64,000 nt of DNA from Candidatus Moraniibacteriota bacterium (lineage in GTDB: Bacteria; Patescibacteriota; Minisyncoccia; Moranbacterales; UBA1568). Shown here one piece after another: positions 1 to 9,479 of the stretch. The DNA lies in NCBI GenBank assembly GCA_018062205.1, contig JAGOSP010000001.1, positions 34,810-98,809 on the forward strand, in the 5' to 3' direction. A program made the translations under genes and the position numbers. Positions within the stretch are counted from its first letter, which is position 1. The number at the start of each line of letters is the position of its first letter. A model generated the notes under the pieces. The model was not told the DNA's origin. It searched no databases and saw nothing but the letters and a program-made list of their open reading frames with translations.

Positions 1-168
1 CTTGAGGCAATCACGGAATGGTTTGAGCGACAAGAATCGATTGACGTGGAAGCAGCACTTGAAAAAGTCAAAGAGGGCGTGCTGCTTCTCAAGGAGAGTA
101 AAGCCCGCCTTCATGAGGTGGAGAATGAGTTTGAAATAGTGAAAAAAAGTCTTAAGAAGGAGGGATGA
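1..168 (+). CDS. xseB: Exodeoxyribonuclease VII small subunit, C-terminal part (5' end lies outside the window)
   Basis: Frame 1 translates to LEAITEWFERQESIDVEAALEKVKEGVLLLKESKARLHEVENEFEIVKKSLKKEG*, typical of the XseB C-terminal helical region. Stop at 166-168. Confidence 0.55.
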   Translation, partial: LEAITEWFERQESIDVEAALEKVKEGVLLLKESKARLHEVENEFEIVKKSLKKEG

Positions 169-189
169 ATTGAGTGGAGGGAGTGTGGT

Positions 190-218
190 ATTGACAGCTT
201 TTGGTGTCTTTGGTAAAA
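190..218 (+). promoter_or_regulatory. Sigma70-like promoter: TTGACA, 17-nt spacer, TAAAAT
   Basis: TTGACA at 190-195, a 17-nt spacer, then TAAAAT at 213-218. Seen directly. Confidence 0.5.
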
Positions 219-268
219 TTTTTTCAGAGTTCTTTTGTAGCTGATTTCATTTGATGGTAGGCAGGGTT

Positions 269-332
269 CGATTGGGCGCCGAGTATTGTTTCGGGGGAGA
301 AATCCAAAGAAAAAATACTGTGCGCCCAATCG
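269..332 (+). promoter_or_regulatory. Long imperfect hairpin or palindrome in the leader region (cgattgggcgc ... gcgcccaatcg), a candidate structured RNA or operator
   Basis: 11-bp perfect inverted repeat at 269-279 and 322-332, extended by agtatt/aatact. Roughly a 26-nt loop. Lies downstream of the promoter and upstream of the small ORF and korA. Confidence 0.35.
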
Positions 333-404
333 GAATGACGGCTTGCTCTGATGTCTTTCGATCGTTGGGCCTTCCCTCCCACTGCCTGAAATAGGAGATA
401 TCAC

Positions 405-560
405 ATGAAACAGCTTCCCGCCTCCGCCTCCGCCACTGGCCTGCCCGTCTACGACTGCCAGCACATTTCGAGCCAAGGTGACGACCACATCGGCCTCAAC
501 GGATCTCCGGTCATCACGTGTGCCGCAACGTCACCGGCGACATCGATCACCTACAGCTGA
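405..560 (+). CDS. Small hypothetical protein (51 aa) in a GC-rich segment, not in the supplied ORF track; possible leader peptide
   Basis: AGGAGA Shine-Dalgarno 7 nt upstream of ATG at 405. ORF MKQLPASASATGLPVYDCQHISSQGDDHIGLNGSPVITCAATSPATSITYS. An intrinsic terminator follows. Local GC is clearly higher than the flanks. Confidence 0.3.
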   Translation: MKQLPASASATGLPVYDCQHISSQGDDHIGLNGSPVITCAATSPATSITYS

Positions 561-581
561 TCCCACGGCGAAGCAGTACCC

Positions 582-630
582 CCACCAGAGCAACCCTCTT
601 CTCAAGAGAATTCTGGTGGGGCGTTTTTTT
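582..630 (+). terminator. Rho-independent terminator (ccaccaga...tctggtgg followed by a T-run)
   Basis: Inverted repeat 582-589 and 612-619, followed by gcgttttttt. Confidence 0.55.
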
Positions 631-690
631 ATTTCGGCGTTTGTCATGTGGTATACTCAGAAGAGACAAAAACCAATACACAAAGTTGCT

Positions 691-2394
691 ATGAAACATT
701 TTTCTGGGGATATTTCTATCGTGCTTGGCGGGGCAGCTGGTCAGGGGATTCAGACGGTTGAGGCAATGCTCGTCTCAGTGCTCAAGGCAGAGGGGTATCG
801 TATTTTCGCGTGCAAAGAATACATGTCTCGTATCCGAGGCGGATCAAATTCGACAGAGATTCGCATTGGTCGCCATGAGCCGAAAGCATATGTACACCGT
901 ATAGATTTTCTGCTTGCTCTCGATAAGGCAGTCATCGAACATCTTGCCGCGCGTATCAGCAGGCACACCATTCTTCTTGGGGAAAAAGAAAAAATAGCGC
1001 GTGATGATATTCATGTTATCGATGTTCCTTTCACACGATTGTCATCCGAACTGGGGAATCCAGTTTTTGCCTCAACGATTGCGGTGGGAGCAGTGCTGGG
1101 TATGTTGGGAGCAGAACGGGGACCATTTGAAGAGTATCTTCGTGGGCATTTTGCACGAAAAGGAGAGGATATTGTGGCAAAAAATCTGGAAGCAGCAGCT
1201 CGCGGTATGGATCTCGGCAAGCACATTGCTTTCATGGAAGGATTTGAGGTGACGCTCAAAAAAGATGAGTCAGTTTGCGAAGAATTGTTGCTAGATGGAA
1301 ATACAGCGCTCGGTTTGGGAGCGCTAGCTGCTGGTTGTAATTTTATTTCTTCGTATCCGATGTCTCCTGGCACGGGCGTCCTTACTTTTTTAGCGGGGAA
1401 GAGTCGAGAATTTGGAGTCGTAATTGATCAGGCAGAAGATGAAATAGCCGCAATAAATATGGCCATAGGCGCTTGGTATGCTGGAGCACGAGCGCTCGTG
1501 ACGACTTCGGGCGGTGGTTTTGCGCTGATGTGTGAAGGAGTGAGTCTTTCGGGCATGATTGAGACGCCAGTTGTTGTGCACATTGGACAGCGTCCTGGTC
1601 CAGCAACAGGACTTCCGACACGTACCGAACAGGCAGATCTCAATCTAGTACTCTATGCCGGGCATGGTGAGTTCCCACGAGCGATATTTGCTCCTGGGAC
1701 ACCCGAACAAGCTTTTCATGCAATGCAGCAGGCTTTTGAAACAGCTGATACCTTTCAAGTGCCGGTATTTGTGTTGTCTGATCAGTATTCTCTGGATTCT
1801 CTTTCCACGATTCCCAAGGAAAAATTGGAACTTCTGCCGATAATCAATCATGTTGTGGAAACCCAAGCAGATTATCGACGGTATGTGATCACTGAAGATG
1901 GTGTATCACCACGCGGTGTGCCGGGGTTTGGGCTTGGTTTGGTTGGGGTGGATAGTGATGAGCACGATGAGTCGGCCCATATCACCGAAAGTGCGACTGT
2001 GCGTATAGCGATGCATGAGAAGCGCCTACGGAAATTAACATTATTACAAGAAAGAGCCTTGATGCCTGAATCGATTGAGGCGGTGAAGGGAGCACGGACG
2101 CTTGTTGTGACTTGGGGGTCTAATTATGGAGTGCTCGAGGAAGCATTGGCACATATCAAAGATTCTTCTATCGCCGGATTGCATTTTTCCCAAGTATATC
2201 CACTTAATCCAGCAGTGAAAAAAATATTCACACGCAAAAAAATTGTCGTGATGGAAAACAATGCCATCGGGCAATTCGCCAATCTTCTTGAGCAAGAACT
2301 CGGTATCGAAGTCTCTGAGCGAATTTTGAAATATAACGGCACGCCGTTTTCGGTAGAAGAAACCATTGAAAACATAAAAAAAGTGAGCGTTTAA
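691..2394 (+). CDS. korA: 2-oxoacid:ferredoxin oxidoreductase, alpha (KorA/PorA-type) subunit
   Basis: GGAAGQGIQT nucleotide/CoA-binding motif near the N-terminus. The size and the TPP-binding beta subunit directly downstream fit the two-subunit KOR/OFOR type. Start chosen at MKHFSGDISIV; the ORF-track start at 478 is unlikely. Confidence 0.85.
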   Translation: MKHFSGDISIVLGGAAGQGIQTVEAMLVSVLKAEGYRIFACKEYMSRIRGGSNSTEIRIGRHEPKAYVHRIDFLLALDKAVIEHLAARISRHTILLGEKEKIARDDIHVIDVPFTRLSSELGNPVFASTIAVGAVLGMLGAERGPFEEYLRGHFARKGEDIVAKNLEAAARGMDLGKHIAFMEGFEVTLKKDESVCEELLLDGNTALGLGALAAGCNFISSYPMSPGTGVLTFLAGKSREFGVVIDQAEDEIAAINMAIGAWYAGARALVTTSGGGFALMCEGVSLSGMIETPVVVHIGQRPGPATGLPTRTEQADLNLVLYAGHGEFPRAIFAPGTPEQAFHAMQQAFETADTFQVPVFVLSDQYSLDSLSTIPKEKLELLPIINHVVETQADYRRYVITEDGVSPRGVPGFGLGLVGVDSDEHDESAHITESATVRIAMHEKRLRKLTLLQERALMPESIEAVKGARTLVVTWGSNYGVLEEALAHIKDSSIAGLHFSQVYPLNPAVKKIFTRKKIVVMENNAIGQFANLLEQELGIEVSERILKYNGTPFSVEETIENIKKVSV

Positions 2395-2405
2395 AGTACA
2401 AGGGT

Positions 2406-3269
2406 ATGATCGACAAAAAACTCTATGATATGCCACATGGGACAGACAATGCCTGGTGTCCGGCTTGTGGCAATTTCCCTATTTTAACTATCGTCAAAAC
2501 AGCATTGGCGGAGCTAGGCAAAGTTCCAGAAGAAGTCGTGATTACCTCGGGTATTGGTCAGGCGGCGAAAACCCCACACTATTTACGTGTAAACTATTTC
2601 AACGGACTGCATGGTCGGGCATTGGCGCCAGCAATTGCGACCAAAATTGCCAGTCCAAAATTGACGGTGATTGCAGAATCAGGAGATGGTGATACATACG
2701 GTGAAGGGGGAAATCATTTTCTGCACACGATTCGTCGCAATCCAGATATCACCAATATCGTGCATAACAATATGATTTATGGCCTGACTAAAGGACAAGC
2801 TTCCCCGACTTCTGAACAAGGTCTCGTAACACCGCTTCAGCCAGGGGGAGTTATTGTTGAGCCATTCAATCCGATAGCGGTAGCGATTTCTCTTGGAGCT
2901 ACCTTTGTTGCTCGTGCCTATGCGGGGAATATCCCACAGGCGGTAGCGATTGTGAAGCAGGCCATTGAACACAAAGGATATGCTCTTGTAGATATTTTCC
3001 AGCCATGTGTAGTCTTCAATAAGCAGAATACCTATCAGTGGTTTATGGAGCACACATATCTTTTAGATGAAGCGCATGATGCAACGGATCAGGCAGCCGC
3101 TTGGAAAATTGGCATGGACCAAGAGCGGCTTGCGCTTGGAATTATTTATCGAGAGACTGGCCGGCCAACGTATGAAAGTCTCGTGCGAGAAGGAGATGAT
3201 ATGCTTCTACACCGGAATCGAGATGATGGGAAGGTTCGCGCACTCGTTGATTCGTATGTGAAGAAATAG
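2406..3269 (+). CDS. korB: 2-oxoacid:ferredoxin oxidoreductase, beta (TPP-binding) subunit
   Basis: CPGCG motif, a GDGD...G TPP-binding region, and adjacency to the alpha subunit. Confidence 0.88.
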   Translation: MIDKKLYDMPHGTDNAWCPACGNFPILTIVKTALAELGKVPEEVVITSGIGQAAKTPHYLRVNYFNGLHGRALAPAIATKIASPKLTVIAESGDGDTYGEGGNHFLHTIRRNPDITNIVHNNMIYGLTKGQASPTSEQGLVTPLQPGGVIVEPFNPIAVAISLGATFVARAYAGNIPQAVAIVKQAIEHKGYALVDIFQPCVVFNKQNTYQWFMEHTYLLDEAHDATDQAAAWKIGMDQERLALGIIYRETGRPTYESLVREGDDMLLHRNRDDGKVRALVDSYVKK

Positions 3270-3275
3270 ATAAGA

Positions 3276-3305
3276 AAAAATCGCCAAGCTAGGCGATTTT
3301 TTCTT
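3276..3305. terminator. Bidirectional intrinsic terminator (AAAAAATCGCC-aagcta-GGCGATTTTTT)
   Basis: Perfect 6-bp stem flanked by an A-run and a T-run, between convergent korB and the sufT-like gene. Confidence 0.6.
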
Positions 3306-3339
3306 ATCTCATTACGAGGAGAAGGGGAGTAAGTCTGTC

Positions 3340-3657
3340 TTAATCCCAACCGAGACGGATTTTGGTTTCCTCGTTCATCTTGTCGGGTGTCCAGGGTGGA
3401 TCAAAGACCAGATTAATCTTCACTTCCTCAATGCCATCAATCTCCATAAGTCGATCCTCAATATCTTTTTGAATAACAGGGAACAGTGGGCAGCCGATAG
3501 TTGTGAGCGTCATGGTAATGGTGGCGACGCCTTCCTTAGAGAGAGAGGTTTCGTAGACGAGGCCGAGATCATAAATAGACACACCGAGCTCTGGATCAAG
3601 GACGAGCTTGAGTTTTTCGATGATTTCAGTCGTCAGTTTTGTGGCTGATTTTTTCAT
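3340..3657 (-). CDS. sufT: Fe-S cluster assembly protein of the DUF59/MIP18 (SufT-like) family
   Basis: Motifs LGLVY...TMTLTTIGCPLFPVI...DPPWTPDKM, typical of the DUF59/PaaD-like domain. Start taken at MKKSATK, which is M21 of the track ORF. Confidence 0.75.
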   Translation of the reverse strand: MKKSATKLTTEIIEKLKLVLDPELGVSIYDLGLVYETSLSKEGVATITMTLTTIGCPLFPVIQKDIEDRLMEIDGIEEVKINLVFDPPWTPDKMNEETKIRLGWD

Positions 3658-3809
3658 AGTTGAGTATGAGTACGTGTTCAAAAACAAAAACCAGACAAAA
3701 CAGGAGATTGGAAACACGCTCTGTCTTTTTCGTTCCTGTTCTGAAAAGTAAGACCTGTGTTTTCTCGTTTCGACTGGTTTTTATTTCGAAAGAATGTTTC
3801 CTGAAAGAT

Positions 3810-4079
3810 TTATTCCGGAAAAACTTGTTTGCCGGTTTCATCTTTGAGAATGATGGCAGCAACTGGACAGGCGCGTGCGGCATTCAAAATGGTTTCGGTA
3901 TCATCTTCATCGGCGGTCGAGAGGACAGCGGCCTTGCCACTTTCATCGAGAGCGAACGTTTTCATTGCGATAGCTGTGCAAGGAGCAGCGCCGATGCAGA
4001 CATTGGCATCAACTTCAACAGTCCAACCATTTGCGAGTTTTACTGGTCCATAAGGACGGGCTTCATCTTTCCATGCCAT
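3810..4079 (-). CDS. Ferredoxin (small cysteine-containing protein with CxxxC...CP motifs)
   Basis: 89 aa with CIGAAPC...ACP cysteine motifs. Embedded in the suf cluster and close to the ferredoxin-dependent KOR genes. Confidence 0.7.
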   Translation of the reverse strand: MAWKDEARPYGPVKLANGWTVEVDANVCIGAAPCTAIAMKTFALDESGKAAVLSTADEDDTETILNAARACPVAAIILKDETGKQVFPE

Positions 4080-4083
4080 AGCA

Positions 4084-4449
4084 TTAACATTTATTGTTTA
4101 GCGTTTTTTGGAGGGTTTCAAGTGAGAGCAATGCGCATTTCAGACGATTGGGAGAAAGAGAGACCCCGAGGAGTGCCAGTATTTCCTCCTTGTTTTTGGT
4201 GCTTGCTGCCAGAACCGTTTGCCCGATTAGGGATGCGGAGAGGAGCGAAGCTGATGCCTGAGAAATAGCACAACCAGAACCTGAAAACTTCACGTCTTCT
4301 ATAATATCATTCTTTACAAGAAGCTGCATCTCAAGACGGTCGCCACAGGTCGGATTATGTGCGGTGGCAGCGTGGGTGGGGGCGGTCAAGACTCCCTGGC
4401 AGCGTGGGTTTCGGTAGTGATCAAGGATAAGTGCTTGGTAGAGTGACAT
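4084..4449 (-). CDS. sufU: SufU/IscU-like Fe-S cluster scaffold or sulfur-transfer protein
   Basis: DHYRNPRCQG, NPTCGD and GSGCAISQASAS motifs. Sits downstream of sufS. Confidence 0.85.
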   Translation of the reverse strand: MSLYQALILDHYRNPRCQGVLTAPTHAATAHNPTCGDRLEMQLLVKNDIIEDVKFSGSGCAISQASASLLSASLIGQTVLAASTKNKEEILALLGVSLSPNRLKCALLSLETLQKTLNNKC

Positions 4450-4488
4450 AGGGATATGCTCAACTGTTTGGGAAAGACATTTGCTGGT

Positions 4489-5706
4489 TTATGTAAGGAG
4501 GAGCTGCTGTGCTTTTTGGAGTCCTTTAATGAGTTTTTCGATATCATCTTCTGTATTATACAAACCAAAGCTGATGCGGGCAGTAGCTGGGAGATCGAGA
4601 GCTCGGTGAAGCGGAGCAGCACAATGTTCACCGGCACGAATGCAGATGTCTTGCTCACCGAGAATGTGTGCGAGGTCATGCGGATGAACATGCTGAAGCG
4701 TAAAGGAAATCAGTCCACTCCGTTGCTCAAGAGTATTCGGTCCGAGAATCTGAATACTCACGCCACAGGTTTCTTTGAGTTTTGTGAGCGCTAGATCGAG
4801 AAGGTGTTTTTCGTGTGTGCGTATGGTCTCAAATCCAATAGTCTCAAGAAATTGAATGGCTGCACCGAGGCCAAGAACGCCAGAAATATTTGGGGTGCCG
4901 GCCTCGAAGCAGAAGGGATTTGGTTTATATTCAGTTGGATATGAACAAGCATCGAGGACCATGCCGCCGCCAAAGGTGACCGGGGTAAATGTCTCAAGGA
5001 GAGCTTGTTTCCCGAAGAGCACACCGATGCCTGTTGGGCCATACATTTTGTGTCCCGAGAAAGCGACAAGGTCAGCATCCCATTCTTGTACACGAAGAGG
5101 ATGATGTCCGGCCACTTGGGCGGCATCAACCACAATGATAATGTCAGGATTTTTGGCGCGTATTTTTTGTATAATAGGAGCTATTGGATTGATGACGCCG
5201 AACACATTTGAGAGGGCCGAGAGAGCTACTATTTTGGTTTCAGCGTTGACGAGCGAGAGAAGGGCTTCAGTATCGATACAACCATCTTGCGTGAAGGGGG
5301 CGAGATGAAGGCCGATATTTTGAGTGCGAGCAAGTTCGATCCAGGGCAAATAATTGGAATGATGTTCAAGTGCGGTAGTGATGATATGATGCTCGGAACG
5401 AAGAGTGGGAGTTAGAAGCATGGCAGCGAGATTAAGAGAAGCAGTGGTTCCGGATGTAAAAATAATTTCATTTTCACTGGTGGCCCCAATAAAATGAGCC
5501 ACTTGTGAGCGGACTGTTTCGAAGCGAGAAGTGGTTTCTTCGGCAAGGGGATAGAGCCCACGCCCGACATTGGTGGAGAGGGTTTCTTCATATTCCCGTT
5601 CAGCCAGCATAACTGGCTTTGGCTTCGGGCAGGTTGCGCCTGCGTCCAAATAAACCAGATGGGAACGCTGATCAAAGAGTGGAAAATGGTGCTTGAAATT
5701 GTGCAT
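4489..5706 (-). CDS. sufS: Cysteine desulfurase (class V aminotransferase, SufS/NifS type)
   Basis: SGHKMYGPTGIGVL PLP-lysine motif, RAGEHCA near the C-terminus, 405 aa. Confidence 0.9.
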   Translation of the reverse strand: MHNFKHHFPLFDQRSHLVYLDAGATCPKPKPVMLAEREYEETLSTNVGRGLYPLAEETTSRFETVRSQVAHFIGATSENEIIFTSGTTASLNLAAMLLTPTLRSEHHIITTALEHHSNYLPWIELARTQNIGLHLAPFTQDGCIDTEALLSLVNAETKIVALSALSNVFGVINPIAPIIQKIRAKNPDIIIVVDAAQVAGHHPLRVQEWDADLVAFSGHKMYGPTGIGVLFGKQALLETFTPVTFGGGMVLDACSYPTEYKPNPFCFEAGTPNISGVLGLGAAIQFLETIGFETIRTHEKHLLDLALTKLKETCGVSIQILGPNTLEQRSGLISFTLQHVHPHDLAHILGEQDICIRAGEHCAAPLHRALDLPATARISFGLYNTEDDIEKLIKGLQKAQQLLLT

Positions 5707-5895
5707 ATCTTGCAGAGAAATGAAAATAGACTCAAAAAGTCCACATTAATACTTCCTCTGTATACCACACAGAGGGGATATTGCCAAGGGCCAGACTATC
5801 TGCTACAGTATCTGGTCATTGTGCTCTTGCGTGAAGGGTAGAGGGACCGCCTTCTTTCTGGGCGAATCAGAAACGTTCTTTGGAGGGAAAAGGAA

Positions 5896-6558
5896 ATGGA
5901 GAGTACCAATCAGATGGCTGTTTTGTTGAGCGAGTTTTTGCGTGCAATAGAGGGGCTTCCTCCTCATATCAAGGATGCGTGGGTTCGGAATCCTGTTGAG
6001 TTGTACGACTCCCTGACGGACACCTTGGACCCGCTCAAATGCGGGCGTCGTATGATTCCAATGCGCTCCAGCGGGGAACGGTCGGCACCCAATCACTTGG
6101 GGCTGTATGAGCATGACCCTCTTGGCGGAGAAATATATACTGTCGGGAGATTTTCGCTGATAAATCAAATAACAATCGGCATCATTAGCCCCCGATTGTT
6201 TCTTTCGGAGGTAAGGGTAACTCAGGAATTGGTACGTGGCGTAGCGGCGAGATGGGGATGGATTGCTCCACCAGTTGAGACGGGGCAGTTGATCGCGGAG
6301 AATCTTTCGCCACAGATACTAGAGCTTCTCGGGCTTCAATCGGTGCTCGTGATGCATGACCCTGTAGTGCAGAGCGATGGTTTCACAGAAACACCGATGC
6401 TTCTCTGGTTGCGACGGGCTTGCCCTTCTGACGGCTCGGAAGCAGAGGCGGATATGCCTGACGAGAGCTGTGCGGATGCGTATCCCCTGTATCAGTCTGG
6501 GAACACGCACCTTCCCGATTATGCGGCTTTCCTTTTCGTGGTTCCGGACGGGGTATAA
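5896..6558 (+). CDS. Hypothetical protein (220 aa) with no recognisable domain, GC-richer than its neighbours
   Basis: Long ORF on the strand opposite the two suf operons. GGAGGG purine-rich stretch upstream of the ATG. No motif recognised. Confidence 0.4.
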   Translation: MESTNQMAVLLSEFLRAIEGLPPHIKDAWVRNPVELYDSLTDTLDPLKCGRRMIPMRSSGERSAPNHLGLYEHDPLGGEIYTVGRFSLINQITIGIISPRLFLSEVRVTQELVRGVAARWGWIAPPVETGQLIAENLSPQILELLGLQSVLVMHDPVVQSDGFTETPMLLWLRRACPSDGSEAEADMPDESCADAYPLYQSGNTHLPDYAAFLFVVPDGV

Positions 6559-6628
6559 AACTTTTTTGCGAAGCAGCTGTTTTGCTCTTGGAAATCTTTC
6601 CGAGAGCATTCTTTTTTTAGAGAGATAT

Positions 6629-7204
6629 CTATTTCAAAATATTGACTCCAAGCGCGCGGATTTTTTCGAAGAGTGTATTGGTAAATCCATCGGCAATGAG
6701 CGAAATAGCGAGAGCCTGAGAAAGGCCACGACTCTGGAGAAAGAAAATCTGTTCGGGATCAGGAGCACTCATGGTAGCGGCGTGTCCGCAGCGCACATCA
6801 TCATTTTCGATTTCAAGTGAAGGAAAAGAAGAAGCCCTTGTCTCTGGAGAGAGAAGGAGATGGTGCATTTCTTGGTGTCCACTGGACTGTGCAGCATTTT
6901 TGGTAATAACGAGGGATCCTTCCCAGTCGCAAGTTGCTTGTCCAGAAAGAACGCTTCGTCCGGCAAAAGAGGAAATGGTGTGGGGGGCGAGATGGACCTG
7001 GTGTATTTGGCTCCGAATTTTTGTATCCCTAGAGAGATTAAAAAGAGCAAAAATATGCGCTTCGGCACCTGATTCTGTCAGTTCAAAAGTAATTTCACCT
7101 CCGCGATCACGAAGCAAAAACACCGCATGCTCATGAGCCTTGAGGCGGTATATGGTTTGTGTATCGTGTGTGATGTCGTGAAATTGCATAATGGAATTTT
7201 TCAT
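6629..7204 (-). CDS. sufD: SufD-like Fe-S assembly protein, short (C-terminal domain only)
   Basis: FLQSRGL and surrounding SufB/SufD C-terminal beta-helix motifs. 191 aa versus about 420 for a typical SufD. Follows sufB. Confidence 0.7.
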   Translation of the reverse strand: MKNSIMQFHDITHDTQTIYRLKAHEHAVFLLRDRGGEITFELTESGAEAHIFALFNLSRDTKIRSQIHQVHLAPHTISSFAGRSVLSGQATCDWEGSLVITKNAAQSSGHQEMHHLLLSPETRASSFPSLEIENDDVRCGHAATMSAPDPEQIFFLQSRGLSQALAISLIADGFTNTLFEKIRALGVNILK

Positions 7205-7315
7205 TTTCAGTTGAAAGAAAAAAAAGTAGCCCCGCGTTCTCCTTATCTGGAAAATACCAGAAAAGAGAGGAAGCTTGGTTTTAATATCGAGTTGTTAACC
7301 TCTGTGTTTTCTGTA

Positions 7316-8719
7316 TTACCCAACACTGCCTTCCATATTGAGTTGCATTAGACGAGTGAGTTCGACGGAGTACTCGAGAGGAATTTCTTTGAGAACTGGT
7401 TCGATAAAGCCATTGACGAGGAGCCCTTCAGCATCAGACTTTTTAATACCACGAGACTGAAGATAAAAGAGTTTTTCGGCGGAAATCTTTTCTACGGTTG
7501 CCTCGTGTTCGACTTGAGCCGTTGGTTCTTGAATACGCATAGTTGGATAGGTATCAGAACGTGAATGGTCATCGAGAAGAAGCGCATCACAGACGACTGA
7601 TGTTTTGGCTCCGGTGGCACCTCGGCCGATGTGTACCAGACCACGATAGCTTGTTCGTCCACCATCCTTGCTGATGGATTTGGAGATGATACGCGACGTT
7701 GTGTTTGGAGCCTGGTGAATCATTTTCGCTCCCGCGTCTTGATGCTGATTCGTACCAGCATAGGCGATAGAGAGGACTTCACCGTGTGCACCACGACCAG
7801 CCAGATAAACCGCTGGATATTTCATTGTCACGCCAGATCCGATATTGCAATCAATCCATTCCATAGTAGCTCCTTCTTCAGCTCGGGCACGTTTGGTAAC
7901 GAGGTTGTAGATATTTTTACTCCAGTTTTGAACGGTTGTGTATCGTACGCGGGCATTTTTTTTGACAAAAATTTCCACAACAGCAGAATGGAGTGAGCTT
8001 GTGCGATAAATGGGCGCGGTGCATCCTTCGCTGTAGTGCACAGAACTTCCTTCATCGGCGATGATGAGTGTTCGTTCGAACTGACCAAAGGCTTCCGAAT
8101 TAATACGGAAATAGGCCTGAAGAGGAAGATCAACCGTAACGCCTTTTGGAACATAGACGAAAGATCCACCAGACCAGACGGCTGAATTGAGTGCCGCGAA
8201 CTTGTTGTCATGTGGAGGAATGAGGGTGCCAAAATATTCTTTGACGAGTTTGGGGTATTTGCGAACAGCGGTGTCCATATCACAAAAAATCACTCCTTTG
8301 GCCGAAAGAGTTTTTTCGATGCTTTCGTAGACAACTTCACTTTCGTATTGAGCTGAAACACCAGCCAGAAATTTTTTTTCAGCTTCGGGAACACCGATGC
8401 GGTCATAGGTTTCTTTGATTTCTGGAGGCAGTTCATCCCAAGTTTTTGACTGCTCATCTGTGGCTCGGAGATAGTAGGTGATTGCGTCAAAATCAATGGG
8501 AGAGAGATTCGCTCCCCAGCTTGGCATAGGTGCCTTGATGAACAGTTCATAGGCGCGTAAGCGAAGAGTCCGCATCCAGGCGGATTCTTTTTTGATGGCT
8601 GAAATTTCCGAAACGATATCTGCTGAGAGTCCAAGTTTGGTTTTGTTGACTGATCGTTCGGGCATAGCAAAACCATACTGATATTCTCCCAAGTCGATTT
8701 TTTTTGAACGTGAGGACAT
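7316..8719 (-). CDS. sufB: Fe-S cluster assembly protein SufB
   Basis: 467 aa. Strong SufB-family similarity throughout, including the C-terminal GRGA...FYLQSRGI motif. Confidence 0.92.
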   Translation of the reverse strand: MSSRSKKIDLGEYQYGFAMPERSVNKTKLGLSADIVSEISAIKKESAWMRTLRLRAYELFIKAPMPSWGANLSPIDFDAITYYLRATDEQSKTWDELPPEIKETYDRIGVPEAEKKFLAGVSAQYESEVVYESIEKTLSAKGVIFCDMDTAVRKYPKLVKEYFGTLIPPHDNKFAALNSAVWSGGSFVYVPKGVTVDLPLQAYFRINSEAFGQFERTLIIADEGSSVHYSEGCTAPIYRTSSLHSAVVEIFVKKNARVRYTTVQNWSKNIYNLVTKRARAEEGATMEWIDCNIGSGVTMKYPAVYLAGRGAHGEVLSIAYAGTNQHQDAGAKMIHQAPNTTSRIISKSISKDGGRTSYRGLVHIGRGATGAKTSVVCDALLLDDHSRSDTYPTMRIQEPTAQVEHEATVEKISAEKLFYLQSRGIKKSDAEGLLVNGFIEPVLKEIPLEYSVELTRLMQLNMEGSVG

Positions 8720-8725
8720 AGGTGA

Positions 8726-9445
8726 TTATGAGGAGAGCGATTCAAATCCAGAACGTTCAATGCGAGCAGCAAGCTCTTGGTCACCTGTAGCAATGAGTCG
8801 ACCCTCTTTCATCACGAGGACATGATCCGGTCGCATGTACTTGAGCAGTTTCGCTGAATGCGTAATGAAAACAAGTGTGCTTTCTTTCGGCAAAGATTGT
8901 TTAAGGAAAAGCGTGATAGCCTTCAGGGCATCGACATCGACGCCGGTATCGATTTCATCAAAGAGCACGAATCGTGGTTCGAGTAAGGCTATTTGGAGTG
9001 CTTCGAGTTTTTTCTTTTCGCCACCCGAGAATCCATCGTTAAGTGAACGAGAGAGGAGTTCTTCCTTGATATGAAGCGCCTTGGCAGCTACTTGGATTTT
9101 TTGATAGAGCACGATGACATCATATTTTTTTTCTAGAGCAAGACGAAGAAGGTCTCGAGCAGAAACGCCAGCGAGCGCAAGGGGGTTCTGAAAAGTCATG
9201 CTTATGCCAAGAGCCGCTCGTTTGTCAGGGGAAAGATTTTTGATATTTTTTTCATTCCACAGGATTTTGCTGGCACGGGAGAGAACCAGGTTTGGGTGTC
9301 CCATGATGGCGCTTGAAAGAGTCGACTTGCCAGAACCATTTGGTCCGAGTATGGCGTATGTTTTTCCGGCTGCGAATGAAAAAGAGATATCGTGAAGGAT
9401 TTTTTTCTGGTCGATAGAGGCGGAAAGGTGTTCGATAGCGAGCAT
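8726..9445 (-). CDS. sufC: Fe-S cluster assembly ATPase SufC
   Basis: Walker A GPNGSGKSTL, ABC signature LSGGEKKK, Walker B VLFDEIDTGVD. Start at MLAIEHL, which is M29 of the track ORF. Confidence 0.9.
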   Translation of the reverse strand: MLAIEHLSASIDQKKILHDISFSFAAGKTYAILGPNGSGKSTLSSAIMGHPNLVLSRASKILWNEKNIKNLSPDKRAALGISMTFQNPLALAGVSARDLLRLALEKKYDVIVLYQKIQVAAKALHIKEELLSRSLNDGFSGGEKKKLEALQIALLEPRFVLFDEIDTGVDVDALKAITLFLKQSLPKESTLVFITHSAKLLKYMRPDHVLVMKEGRLIATGDQELAARIERSGFESLSS

Positions 9446-9479
9446 AAGAAATTGATTGAGAAAAATGAGAAAAAAATGA

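Noticed and set aside
264-280. tRNA-like T-loop sequence GGTTCGATTGG in the korAB leader
   Set aside because: The stem after the loop is GG rather than CC, so no T-arm can form. No acceptor or anticodon arms could be built.
111-488. 125-aa minus-strand ORF from the track, overlapping the promoter, leader hairpin and small plus-strand ORF
   Set aside because: Gly-run and low-complexity translation, no ribosome-binding site. It lies antisense to a region with clear plus-strand promoter, Shine-Dalgarno and terminator signals.
478-690. N-terminal extension of korA as given by the track (start at 478)
   Set aside because: The extension is Arg/Pro-rich and non-protein-like. It spans the intrinsic terminator at 582-630. 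The conserved KorA N-terminus begins at MKHFSGD (691).
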